Source: a virus (lineage: Duplodnaviria; Caudoviricetes). Taken from it: a stretch of DNA of 64,000 nucleotides. Below the pieces are notes generated by a model, which worked only from the letters and a program-made list of their open reading frames with translations, had not been told where the DNA came from and did not search any database. Positions 1 through 9,250 of the stretch are shown here, piece by piece. Positions within the stretch are counted from its first letter, which is position 1. The number at the start of each line of letters is the position of its first letter. Position numbers and translations under genes: made by a program. The stretch lies in IMG/VR virus record IMGVR_UViG_3300029913_000001. One strand, given 5' to 3'.

Positions 1-26
1 CCATATCTGAGCTCCTCACTGAAATA

Positions 27-55
27 ATTATAGCAAAGTTCGGTACCGAATGCAA
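27..55 (-). promoter_or_regulatory. sigma70-type early promoter (TTGCAT-17-TATAAT, extended TGn) driving a gene whose ATG is at 4..2 and runs off the window
   Basis: -35 at 50-55, -10 at 27-32, 17-nt spacer containing TTCGGTACCGAA palindrome; AGGAG RBS at 12-16; near-identical copies at 27754-27782 and 28208-28236. Confidence 0.85.
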
Positions 56-111
56 GCGAAATCAGCCGAAAATACCAAAAATCTTGTTTTTGAAAACAAA
101 GGACTTATATC

Positions 112-171
112 GCCCCAATATGACCCCACTATAATGATGGTACTCAGCTACTCCTGGGGTCATATTGGGGC
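112..171. repeat. perfect 17-bp inverted repeat with 26-nt loop
   Basis: GCCCCAATATGACCCCA (112-128) / TGGGGTCATATTGGGGC (155-171). Confidence 0.9.
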
Positions 172-281
172 CATACGGCGCCATTTTCGTTAAATCCCCC
201 CTTTAAAATCAACGCTTTACAAAACTTTTTAAGAGGATCGTGCTCGCGTGCTGTATATAGTGCCAATTCTTTTTATTGCTA

Positions 282-419
282 TTAACGAGCGGCAAGTAGG
301 GCTTCGATCAGAAAATGAGCTCTTAACGCATCGAAATCGCTCAATTTGCAGAGCAATGTATCCAATTCCTTGCGGGCATCTTCACTTGAAATTATTCGCC
401 GCTTAACCTTGATCTCCAT
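282..419 (-). CDS. small hypothetical protein (45 aa, MEIKVKRRIISSEDARKEL...)
   Basis: below ORF-track cutoff; strong AGGAGG RBS upstream of ATG. Confidence 0.7.
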   Translation of the reverse strand: MEIKVKRRIISSEDARKELDTLLCKLSDFDALRAHFLIEALLAAR

Positions 420-615
420 GTTTCCTCCTATCGCCACCGTGCATACAGTTCAAATCCTTATTTTTGATTAATAGGCAAAGCATTTTCAGGCGCTTATCTC
501 ATTGTCACAACTAGTGCCTACGACAATCCTAGCGGCATCGCTGTTGGCGGCCGAGTGAATGTTCGATAAGTGGGCGATTTATCGGCAACCGCCTCAACCG
601 CTCTTTGCGCATCGG

Positions 616-831
616 CTAATGAGTTGGCGTATCCAGACTAACGTTTTGCTCGGGCGGCAATGCGGGTTTAACCGTCTGCGCATCTCGTGGATTCTTACCG
701 GGATGCCACGAGCAATCGTTGACCTCGTAATAAGCGCCCAGACCGTGACCGGCTATAACAGCGGCCTTTGCTTGCTCAGTCAGGTCTACATTGGTATGAC
801 AATTCTGCGCCGAGCATACGCTCGTAGCCAA
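616..831 (-). CDS. hypothetical protein
   Basis: ORF track, TTG start, same strand as neighbours. Confidence 0.4.
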   Translation of the reverse strand: MATSVCSAQNCHTNVDLTEQAKAAVIAGHGLGAYYEVNDCSWHPGKNPRDAQTVKPALPPEQNVSLDTPTH

Positions 832-931
832 TACAAACAGAATAATTGATAGATACTTTATTGCTGTGCTCCTTTTGATATTAATAGATACTTCATTGCT
901 GGGCCCGATTTTAGAGCGGCCAAATCTTCCA

Positions 932-1162
932 CTATGTCCAATCCTCTGGTATATCCCTACTCCGAAGTTGCCTCCGGAATTCGACCCAATCTTCGTCTTC
1001 TTCGAACTGGACCGTAATCATCTCAGCCGCTTTGTCTACGGCGGTGTGAACAATAAAAGTTGTCCCAAATAGTTCCCCCCTTCGTTCGAGGAACGACCCG
1101 GCAAACAGGACAATATCCGAAAGTGGGTCATTATTTCTCAAGCTGAATTCGCTTATTAACAT
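932..1162 (-). CDS. hypothetical protein
   Basis: ORF with ATG, acidic C-terminus. Confidence 0.6.
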   Translation of the reverse strand: MLISEFSLRNNDPLSDIVLFAGSFLERRGELFGTTFIVHTAVDKAAEMITVQFEEDEDWVEFRRQLRSRDIPEDWT

Positions 1163-1269
1163 ATTGTCTCCTATTCCGCCTTCACATATCCATTGTCTTC
1201 TGCCCAGCTTTCGAGTACTCGAAAGTCATTGTTTAGCGCATTACTTAAATCAGGTCGCATACTTCCTCT

Positions 1270-1551
1270 TTAAACGTAAACTGCGGATTCAACAGCAACG
1301 AATGATAAAGTCAGTTCTTCCGGGTCTCGGAAAAAATCAGCACGGAACCCACCAGTTGACGCCCATTGGGTCTGGCTGCCGGCAACCTCTGCAAGCAAAC
1401 GTCGGGCAAGCTTCTTAAGGTCTTCGATAGTAGGAGTGGTTTTCCCCGAATCATGGTATGTCCATCCCGTCAAGGCCATATAAATATGCACCTTTTCGAA
1501 ATCGAAAGTGTCGATCACCTGATCGATTGCCTTTTGGTATTTGTCTATCAT
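1270..1551 (-). CDS. hypothetical phage protein (MIDKYQKAIDQVIDTFDFEKVH...)
   Basis: GGAGG RBS before ATG at 1551 (shorter than track ORF). Confidence 0.75.
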   Translation of the reverse strand: MIDKYQKAIDQVIDTFDFEKVHIYMALTGWTYHDSGKTTPTIEDLKKLARRLLAEVAGSQTQWASTGGFRADFFRDPEELTLSFVAVESAVYV

Positions 1552-1627
1552 ACTTCCTCCTTGTGCTTCTAGTGATATTGATATATACTTCACCGCGCTT
1601 CTTTTATCTTACTCAACGAGAAGGGTT

Positions 1628-1859
1628 TCACTCCTCAAATTTCTTAATTAACTCGTTTTGAATATTTTCATATGCCAATTTCCATATATGCCTACTGTAT
1701 TCATTCTTGTATACATATGTGTACTCACTCGGCTATCAAACGTCCGTCATACTTCGATTTATGAGGCGTAATCCATACATAGACACCAAAAACTGTATCT
1801 GTTTGCCATAGTTTCGCATATGGATAAATTGTTTTAACAAGCGTTTTATAATTTATCAT
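1628..1859 (-). pseudogene. frameshifted paralog of the YPxA...WxxAxxxIxxELxxxLxE small-protein family
   Basis: MINYKTLVKTIYPYAK... stops after GRLIAE; +1 frame continues ...IWKLAYENIQNELIKKFEE*; total length 3n+1. Confidence 0.65.
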
Positions 1860-2107
1860 TCTGACAATTTCCAGATTAGTTCTCGTTGAATTTTATCCCA
1901 CGCCAACTTCCATAAATTTGGACGATCCTTTGGTGACATATAATCGTATCTAATAGGCGCTGTTATAAAACGAGATCGATGCCAATCGATTGATAACAAA
2001 GTATCGCACCAACCGTTAGAATAATCCCATGCAGAATAAATCTTGGCATCGGGGTAAACATTTTTCACTAATGTTTCATAATTAATTGAAGAAATTATAT
2101 TTACCAT
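1856..2107 (-). CDS. small early protein, C-terminal ELIWKLSE family
   Basis: similar to 1628-1859 and 29113-29376; start uncertain. Confidence 0.7.
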   Translation of the reverse strand: MVNIISSINYETLVKNVYPDAKIYSAWDYSNGWCDTLLSIDWHRSRFITAPIRYDYMSPKDRPNLWKLAWDKIQRELIWKLSE

Positions 2108-2306
2108 TAGTTTCGATCTCGACCATAGCATTTTGCCAGGCCAGTTTCAGTTTGTGCATATTACGCATCCAGATCATCTTTGCATCCGGATTGGTCGTAT
2201 TTTTTAGAAGGCGTTCGGTTTTTTCAATAGCCTTAGCAATCGAGTCGACATCGATAATTGTGGAAGAGATCTGGGCAACTTGTTGCTTGTGAAGTTTAAT
2301 CATCAT
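2082..2306 (-). CDS. hypothetical protein, probably leaderless
   Basis: ATG 6 nt downstream of a -10 box. Confidence 0.7.
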   Translation of the reverse strand: MMIKLHKQQVAQISSTIIDVDSIAKAIEKTERLLKNTTNPDAKMIWMRNMHKLKLAWQNAMVEIETNGKYNFFN

Positions 2307-2312
2307 ATAATT

Positions 2313-2341
2313 ATAATAGCAAAGAAAAAAGGAATTGTCAA
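2313..2341 (-). promoter_or_regulatory. sigma70-type promoter TTGACA-17-TATTAT
   Basis: consensus -35, 17-nt spacer, extended -10. Confidence 0.8.
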
Positions 2342-2360
2342 CCGACAATTCCCAATAATT

Positions 2361-2801
2361 TTATGTTTTTGAAAAAAATTGCATTCGTCCAATTTTACAA
2401 TAAAAATGATATTTTCGAGATCGAAATCGAAAATTGTTAAAATACAAAATATTTCGTGGCAATCGAATTGGATCCGATCTTTTTAAAATTGTCGCTGCCA
2501 AACTAAAAAATTTTGATTGTGTTTTGAAATTAACCTGATGTTGGGAAAACTTATGAAATCCAAATTGCCAGTGGTTACCAACGTGGTCGTTAACAATTGA
2601 ACACACAGTAGCCTTTGGTAAGGTGTTAAGCCGATTCATAATTACTTCGCCGACAGCGTATTGTCCTAGTAATGGTTCTCCACCGGCTTCTCGAAAAATA
2701 GCATTCGCCAAACAAGTTTGATCACGCGAAGGTGGCTCTGCATATAAAACCGCAGAGACAAATAGAACCCCGCATAGTATGGTAGTTGTTATTTTAGTCA
2801 T
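2361..2801 (-). CDS. SleB-like cell wall hydrolase (Hydrolase_2)
   Basis: signal/TM N-terminus; CLANAIFREAGGEP..GQYAVGEVIMNR..VCSIV..WQF motif. Confidence 0.85.
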   Translation of the reverse strand: MTKITTTILCGVLFVSAVLYAEPPSRDQTCLANAIFREAGGEPLLGQYAVGEVIMNRLNTLPKATVCSIVNDHVGNHWQFGFHKFSQHQVNFKTQSKFFSLAATILKRSDPIRLPRNILYFNNFRFRSRKYHFYCKIGRMQFFSKT

Positions 2802-2907
2802 AGTATATATTTATACCAAAAATAACAACTTATGTCAAGTGATTAATTAGTATCGAAATGCATCCTCTAGCGTAGTGAACTTCCGGGGTATCTTTTTCTT
2901 TCTGGCT

Positions 2908-4908
2908 TTACCCTTTTATTAATCCCCCGCCTAGCGTATTAATTCCTGTGGGCAATGTCGGCAAAATATTTGAATTTGGCATTAATGATGTAGGTATTAA
3001 TCCGGAGGCCGATAGCGTCTGATTATTGACCGCTTCGGTTATCGTCGCGGATAATGCTTGCCCAGAAATCGTTGTTTTATCTATTAAATTTGAAGTCAAC
3101 CCTAAACCGGTAGTCTCGTCAATCCCGGGAATTTGCGAAAGTGCCGATAAACTCGGCAGGGCGGATAGATTAGTTTGTGAAGCAACCGATGCCGCCATAC
3201 TAGATAATTGGGAGGGAAATGCGGTTAACGCCGATGGACTAGGAGTCTGTAAAAATATAGCCGACTGGGAAGGTAAATCAATATTAGTCTTTGTACTCGG
3301 AGCATGAAAGCGCTGTACAACACTCATAATAATTCCGGTTAATCCTGATAATTTAGTAATTGCTGCCAATGAATCTGAGGCGAACCCAGCAATATTTGCC
3401 GGCGTTAACCCAACAGTCGGAGCCAACGCAATACTATTATTATGGGTTTCCGCAATACCATTATACGCCGATAACAACGAAACATTTGCCAATGTTGGGG
3501 CAACATTTTCTAAACTAGCAGATGTACTATTAATTAGAACTACACCATTAGCACAGAGCGAATTAATATCAGAATAACTATTGCCGTTACTCAGATATAC
3601 CGGGGTTGAAATTCCATTCACCAAAGCATTCGCAATATTACCGGTATCAGAACTAATATTGCCGTACTGAGTTGTTCCCATTAATTGTTTAATAACCTGA
3701 ATGGTCGAATATAATGCGTCGTTATAATTAGTCGACCCTAATATATCATCAACTGTTGGATTACCATTCGCACCAGAACCCGGACCCACCGATGCCTTAA
3801 GATTTGAAAAATCAGACACCGATACGGGGGCAGGCATTGCCGAAATATTCGGTGTGCCAATCAATGGAATAATTTTATACATCGTTCGTCCTAAATCACC
3901 AATTGACGCAATATTATTAAGTCCGGTTATATTTACACTTAATGCTTTAAGTAACGCATATGAATCGAGAGGAGTCACACCGATAGAAGTTTCGATAGAA
4001 TTTGTAGCCGCGCTTCCTAAAATTATTGGTAACGATAAACAATCCGTCCACACATTAATTTGCGATCCCGACACTCCGAAAAAAGTTATAACGGCATCTA
4101 GATCGTTTGTATCTACTAACGCTGCGTTTGCCGCAATTCCAACCAATGCATCAAATGGATTTAGGGAAGCTACCTGAAAAGTATCATCCGGTGTTTTTCC
4201 CATCGGAGCATCTAAAATCATAGTAAATAAATCTTTATCAATTATATATGAATTTCCTGTCGATGGATCAACAATAGATTTTCCGAAGAAATTAAGATGT
4301 AAATTACCAATTGTATTATCCCCAGCATTTAATAATTGTAAAAAACAGCCTGCATTACTAAACCCATCGAGCCCATTATATATATCTGACGGTGTCATAA
4401 GAGACCCGCATTGTATAAAGGCTTCCGCTACACCAGATATATTATTACCGGCTATTTCTGAAAACCCACCCGTGACAGATGCATTTGCTCCATTCGGCCA
4501 TTGAGCCGAAGCTGCGCTGTTAATTGTTAATGCTGCCTGAGCCGCATAACTTTGAGCCTGACCTAGCGTTTGTAGGAACACATTGGCCGTAGAACTACCC
4601 GCAAATAAATTTGAAGTACGAGCACTTGTTATACTAATTAGTGGTCCGGTTCCTAGGTTAGAACTAAAATCATTGGGAACTTGCCCAAATAACTGGGGAA
4701 AAGAATTTGATCCAATACTACGCAACGCGATAGTATTGCTGGCAGTAACCCCTACTTCGGCCGCATTGTTATAGATAATATTCCAATTATTAACTGTTTG
4801 AATGGAATTATATGCAGAAAGATTGGCGCTAATATTCGGCGGCGCCAATCCTTCACCTGCTTGTAATCCTGCGGCTGCTATTAATTGCACACCTGATAAT
4901 GAGTTCAT
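2908..4908 (-). CDS. putative virion structural (tail/baseplate) protein
   Basis: 666 aa, S/N/A/G/T-rich, late-promoter-like TAAATA just upstream. Confidence 0.55.
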   Translation of the reverse strand: MNSLSGVQLIAAAGLQAGEGLAPPNISANLSAYNSIQTVNNWNIIYNNAAEVGVTASNTIALRSIGSNSFPQLFGQVPNDFSSNLGTGPLISITSARTSNLFAGSSTANVFLQTLGQAQSYAAQAALTINSAASAQWPNGANASVTGGFSEIAGNNISGVAEAFIQCGSLMTPSDIYNGLDGFSNAGCFLQLLNAGDNTIGNLHLNFFGKSIVDPSTGNSYIIDKDLFTMILDAPMGKTPDDTFQVASLNPFDALVGIAANAALVDTNDLDAVITFFGVSGSQINVWTDCLSLPIILGSAATNSIETSIGVTPLDSYALLKALSVNITGLNNIASIGDLGRTMYKIIPLIGTPNISAMPAPVSVSDFSNLKASVGPGSGANGNPTVDDILGSTNYNDALYSTIQVIKQLMGTTQYGNISSDTGNIANALVNGISTPVYLSNGNSYSDINSLCANGVVLINSTSASLENVAPTLANVSLLSAYNGIAETHNNSIALAPTVGLTPANIAGFASDSLAAITKLSGLTGIIMSVVQRFHAPSTKTNIDLPSQSAIFLQTPSPSALTAFPSQLSSMAASVASQTNLSALPSLSALSQIPGIDETTGLGLTSNLIDKTTISGQALSATITEAVNNQTLSASGLIPTSLMPNSNILPTLPTGINTLGGGLIKG

Positions 4909-4915
4909 ATTGTAT

Positions 4916-5227
4916 TTACCCCATTAAATTTTGCTTACCAGGCAAAACAATATTACTAATAGCACTAAGATAAGCAGTCTTAAGAGCGTCCCTTACATTA
5001 GCCGTGTAGCAAACAATCGCTGACTTCTTAAGAATAATCGGCTTATCTGGATTGGCACCTATTAATGCCAAGCCTAAACTTAGTCTATCATTAACTGGCA
5101 TAATTGACCGTGGATTATCCAAGGAAAAAGTATCGGTGTTCGGTTCCATATAATCTAGGGCAGGAGTAAGGCGTGAAATAATCTCTTCACCGGTTACTAA
5201 CTTAAAACAATAAATTGTATCTTCCAT
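4916..5227 (-). CDS. conserved Sm-like-fold phage protein
   Basis: FKLVTGEEIISR motif. Confidence 0.6.
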   Translation of the reverse strand: MEDTIYCFKLVTGEEIISRLTPALDYMEPNTDTFSLDNPRSIMPVNDRLSLGLALIGANPDKPIILKKSAIVCYTANVRDALKTAYLSAISNIVLPGKQNLMG

Positions 5228-5228
5228 A

Positions 5229-5660
5229 TTATCCCTCTAACTTCTTTAAAATATTTTCTCTTTTAATCATAGTCACTACATTCAAATTTGTCAATGGAAA
5301 ATTATCCAACACAATTGCACCATTTATACCCTGAATTACATCATCGATAATGGCTAAACTAAAATCATGTTTTTTGACGTGTTCTGATAATAGTAATGTA
5401 TAGAATGCGCCTACCACCTGAGAGTTAGCACAAAAAATTGTCTGACTGAATAATTCCCACGGCGTTGGCCAATGGGTAATATCTTGTAATTCAAATTGAA
5501 ACTTTTTGATCTTTGGACTATTGTTCCAATTTTTTTGAACTAACTTTACAGCTTCCTCAAACGAAATGGTATCGATATATTTACGAAAGGCTCTGATACT
5601 TAAAATCCGCGCCTCAGGTTTGCCTAGCCAGGCCACTTTAACTTCTTTATTTTTTTCCAT
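5229..5660 (-). CDS. hypothetical protein
   Basis: ORF; start set at MEKNKEVK after AAGGA RBS. Confidence 0.65.
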   Translation of the reverse strand: MEKNKEVKVAWLGKPEARILSIRAFRKYIDTISFEEAVKLVQKNWNNSPKIKKFQFELQDITHWPTPWELFSQTIFCANSQVVGAFYTLLLSEHVKKHDFSLAIIDDVIQGINGAIVLDNFPLTNLNVVTMIKRENILKKLEG

Positions 5661-5670
5661 ATTTCCTTTT

Positions 5671-6357
5671 TCACCACGGAATATTATAATATTCTGCGAC
5701 TCTAATCCACCACTGGTCGCTATATTTGTCAAAATTTGTTTCATCAACTTCAAATCTTTGAAACTCTAAATCACCAGAACACATTAAAATTATACCACGA
5801 CGTATATTAGTTCCGTATAATTCATTATGAGCCAATGCGTATGCGCATAATTGACATCGATAATCTTCAACCCAGGCTTCCTTCTTCGGCCTGTTGGTTT
5901 GCTTGTAGTCTAAGATGGCTAATTCGCCATCTTTCATTTTTCCGACTAAGTCGGTTGCGCCGGCAAAAAGACCAGGAAAATACAAACTAACTTCCGAACC
6001 CAAAAAAATATCTACATCGGATAATCCTTTTTCTACAATAACTTTTGCCATATGATAGGCTTGAATTGAATAAGGATTGGTTCCGGGTTCACCCATATAA
6101 TCGGTTTGCACATAATTTTCAAGATATTTGTGCATTCTTGTGCCCCTAGAACCCGCGATGGCCGTAATCTCGGCCGGTTTCTCGGCACCTTTATATTTTC
6201 GCCAATTATTTAATGCTTGTATTGACTCTTCAGATTTTGTTGCGGAAAGTATCGTAGTAACTGATGGGAGACGTTCTCCGTTAGGGCAAGAATATAATCT
6301 CTTGCCATTAACAGATTCGCGATGCAATGTTTTATAAGGGAACTTTTCAACAACCAT
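5671..6357 (-). CDS. PD-(D/E)xK exonuclease (phage Cas4/MGME1-like)
   Basis: LPSVTTIL, RGTxMH, SEVSL, AGATDL..ILDYKQ, YxxQLxAY motifs. Confidence 0.85.
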   Translation of the reverse strand: MVVEKFPYKTLHRESVNGKRLYSCPNGERLPSVTTILSATKSEESIQALNNWRKYKGAEKPAEITAIAGSRGTRMHKYLENYVQTDYMGEPGTNPYSIQAYHMAKVIVEKGLSDVDIFLGSEVSLYFPGLFAGATDLVGKMKDGELAILDYKQTNRPKKEAWVEDYRCQLCAYALAHNELYGTNIRRGIILMCSGDLEFQRFEVDETNFDKYSDQWWIRVAEYYNIPW

Positions 6358-6362
6358 AAGTA

Positions 6363-6391
6363 ATTATAGCAGTTCTGTTAGAGATATACAA
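6363..6391 (-). promoter_or_regulatory. sigma70-type promoter TTGTAT-17-TATAAT, leaderless start at 6357
   Basis: -10 at 6363-6368, -35 at 6386-6391. Confidence 0.7.
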
Positions 6392-6392
6392 G

Positions 6393-6875
6393 CTACTTTC
6401 TAGAGGCCGCGCGTTTGGCCATAGATTGAACCAAACCACCGGATGATATACTAACGTCTTCTCGCTCTTGATCTTCATCAGAAGTATCTGCCGATGCACT
6501 TTCTCCCTCGTCCGGGGCCTGAAAATCTTCAGGATTAAATTCTTCCTCGGATTCCTCTGGAACTTCATCTGAAGGTTCATTTTCAAAATCATTTGGAGAA
6601 AATTCATCAGGTACTGCCATCGGAATTTCCTCTTCCCCTAAGGAAAGGGTAACCTGATTCTTATTAATAGATTTAATTTCGTGGGAAATACTAGGGTCCT
6701 TAGTTAACTCGGCCAATTGGGAATACGTAATATGTATTCCCAAAAGATCGATTAATTTCTTGACCGAAATCACCGGCTCTAACCCCTTATCTTCGGCTTT
6801 ATGCTTCAAAAATGACAAGACAGTAATTAGTTTATTCCGTAATAATGGATCAGTTTTAGTTTGCGGCATTGGCAT
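6393..6875 (-). CDS. acidic hypothetical protein
   Basis: 160-aa ORF in late operon, D/E-rich tail. Confidence 0.75.
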   Translation of the reverse strand: MPMPQTKTDPLLRNKLITVLSFLKHKAEDKGLEPVISVKKLIDLLGIHITYSQLAELTKDPSISHEIKSINKNQVTLSLGEEEIPMAVPDEFSPNDFENEPSDEVPEESEEEFNPEDFQAPDEGESASADTSDEDQEREDVSISSGGLVQSMAKRAASRK

Positions 6876-6886
6876 GATTTTTATCC

Positions 6887-8929
6887 TTACTTCTTTTCAA
6901 TCTTTTTTTGATGAATGGCCTTGCTTTTTGCTCCTAGGCAAATTTTGCAATTTTTTGCAAATGTTTTTCCAGGAACAAACGCATGTGGCTTATCCGATGA
7001 TGCGTTCTTGTTCTCCGTTTTAACTGCTTCCGTTGCAAGCTGTCTAATAGCTTCAGCTAATCTACGAGCAGCCTTGGGATTTTTCTTAACATCGGTTTTC
7101 TTTAATGCCTCATTAAGAGCGACAATTTTAGCATCTATTGTTTTCTTTGATTCAATCAACTTTTTAGTTTTAACTTTCATACCAAGACATTCCGCTAATT
7201 CTTTTTCAAGGTTAATAAGACTTTCTGATGCAGGCATACGAGTCTCTCTTCCTAAAGGATTCTTTTTCTTAGTAACCGGGGCATCAAAAGCAGATGAATC
7301 AATATCTTCATCGCCTTCTGCCGGTACTTCCTCAGGTAATGCTAAATCGGTAGCAGCAGTTGGCTCGTCGCCCGATAAAACAAGAGTTGCGTTTTCTAAT
7401 TCAGTCTTCTTTTCCTTAACTGAAGTTAATAAATCATTAATAACTGTATTTGCAGTCGTCTGATACCTATCCGCTTGTTCTGCTCCTAAACTAGTTCGAA
7501 TTGAATCTACTAGGGCAGGTAATTCATCGTTAGACATCTTACCCAATTCAGAAATAGTATCGGCTAATCTATCAACCAAATCTTTTGCCGCTAGTACAGA
7601 TTGCGCAGATTCAATCTCGCCTTCTTTTAATAATTTTCTAGCTCGGGACTTCAGGGCATTTTCTACAATCTTTGTCTTTTTCATATAGATGCTTTCTCCA
7701 ACTTTATTTACCGGCTGATTTTCAGTTCGGCCGCCGTGCAATGCTACTTTGAATAATTCGTTAAAATTATTTGCTGCTTCCGGATTTGATTTAATTGCGG
7801 CATCAATAGCTCGAGCAGCATCTTGCTTTTTAAAGCCTTGATTACACAATGCACTATACACATCCTTTTCTATCTTTGTCGGAACATGTTTAGTGGGAGC
7901 GGGATTACTATTTGCGGCTGGCGCCTTAGCCGGGGGGTTATTTGCCTGCGTGGTTGCTGCCGGAGGCGTGGGGGCCGCGGGTGAAGCTGCGTTCGGAACG
8001 GGAGCGGCTGGTGTTTTCGAGGTAAGATAATCTGTTACTTTTTCAAGTTCGGTTGTTACTGATTTTTTTTCATTGGGAGTTGCTCTAGAAAACGCCGGAT
8101 CCCTTTGCAATAACGTAGTAATATCATTAGGGTTTGGCGCAGTCCGAGTTTTGGCGATTCGAGAAATATAATCTGATAATTTTTGTTTAGCAGCCTGAGA
8201 CAAATTTTTAAAAGAAGGATCCTGTAAAATCTTAGTTGTGTACGAAGAAATTTCAGTAGTTGTCCTCGGCGGTCTAATGGGATTTCCAGCAGCATCAGTG
8301 TTAACAACCTTACCCCAATCTTTATGAATTGTATTGCCCTTCATTCCTTGTACAAATGCTCCTAATGCAGAGCCCGCAGTGTGAGCAATTCTAGAAATAG
8401 CTGGGCTCGCTACCGCGTGTGCTGCAGAAGCGGCCGACTTAACTCTATTTCCTAAAGTTGGTCGTATCGAGCCTGTAGTGGGAGTCTGAGTTTCTACGCC
8501 GGTGGGCTCGGGTTGAGTTTCTGGCGCGGGCTCTTGCTGCGCCGGCGCAGCAGCCACCGGTTGATTTCCTTCAGGCGCAGCCGTAGGAGGTGTTCCTTCT
8601 GGCTCGGCTGAAGTTTCTGCAGGGGATTCCGGCTGAGCCGCTTGCTCATCGGGAATAGCTTGAGTAGCAGGATTAATTGATCGGCGCGCGGCGTACTTCC
8701 CAGGAGATCGCTCAGTTAGCAAATTTTCCAGTGTTAATAATCCCATGTAAGTTTTATCGCGCTCACTTGTATGGAATCTATTACTATTTCTAATAACATC
8801 TAATTTTTGTCGTGTCGTTTCCAAAAGGTGGCTAATCTTATTAGGAGTAAGATTGGATACCGAAATATCGAAATATTCTGTCAACAATGATTCTAAATTA
8901 ACGGGTTTTTGTAATTCATTTAATATCAT
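6887..8929 (-). CDS. putative prohead core/scaffold-type protein with Pro/Ala linkers and an internal RuvA C-terminal-like domain
   Basis: MILNEL tag; coiled-coil C-half; DVYSALCNQGFKKQDAARAI..FNELFKVAL segment. Confidence 0.55.
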   Translation of the reverse strand: MILNELQKPVNLESLLTEYFDISVSNLTPNKISHLLETTRQKLDVIRNSNRFHTSERDKTYMGLLTLENLLTERSPGKYAARRSINPATQAIPDEQAAQPESPAETSAEPEGTPPTAAPEGNQPVAAAPAQQEPAPETQPEPTGVETQTPTTGSIRPTLGNRVKSAASAAHAVASPAISRIAHTAGSALGAFVQGMKGNTIHKDWGKVVNTDAAGNPIRPPRTTTEISSYTTKILQDPSFKNLSQAAKQKLSDYISRIAKTRTAPNPNDITTLLQRDPAFSRATPNEKKSVTTELEKVTDYLTSKTPAAPVPNAASPAAPTPPAATTQANNPPAKAPAANSNPAPTKHVPTKIEKDVYSALCNQGFKKQDAARAIDAAIKSNPEAANNFNELFKVALHGGRTENQPVNKVGESIYMKKTKIVENALKSRARKLLKEGEIESAQSVLAAKDLVDRLADTISELGKMSNDELPALVDSIRTSLGAEQADRYQTTANTVINDLLTSVKEKKTELENATLVLSGDEPTAATDLALPEEVPAEGDEDIDSSAFDAPVTKKKNPLGRETRMPASESLINLEKELAECLGMKVKTKKLIESKKTIDAKIVALNEALKKTDVKKNPKAARRLAEAIRQLATEAVKTENKNASSDKPHAFVPGKTFAKNCKICLGAKSKAIHQKKIEKK

Positions 8930-8936
8930 GATACAC

Positions 8937-9215
8937 CTATTTACCTAAAAACAACGGAATAAGAACTTTTAAGATTAATGCGCCGAGTGTTGCTAATAAC
9001 GAAATAATTATTGCACTTCCCCATCTTATTAACTGAGCATTTCTATTTTCTTCTATGGTGTCAATTCTAGAACTTAACCCCGATATTTGTACAGTTAAAT
9101 CATCTATCCGAGATGTGTGGCTAGTTAATTCTTCATGAATCGAGATTATTCGCATATCGGCTAGCTCGACATGCACTTCAAGGTTTTTCTTCTCTAGTTC
9201 GGTTGTCCCCATCAC
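8937..9215 (-). CDS. coiled-coil plus C-terminal TM protein (holin-like or membrane protein)
   Basis: heptad region then WGSAIIISLLATLGALILKVLIPLFL. Confidence 0.5.
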   Translation of the reverse strand: MMGTTELEKKNLEVHVELADMRIISIHEELTSHTSRIDDLTVQISGLSSRIDTIEENRNAQLIRWGSAIIISLLATLGALILKVLIPLFLGK

Positions 9216-9250
9216 TCACCCCATACCACCAATGCGACGTTCATATATAT

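Noticed and set aside
3026-4774. Plus-strand ORFs 3026, 3854, 4583 and similar antisense ORFs (6915, 16158, 38334, 50100, 54500, 54890)
   Set aside because: Shadow frames of long, well-supported minus-strand genes; no RBS or recognisable motifs.
5671-6357. Cas4-like nuclease as part of a CRISPR-Cas system
   Set aside because: No array or other cas genes; standalone exonucleases of this type are common in T4-like phages.
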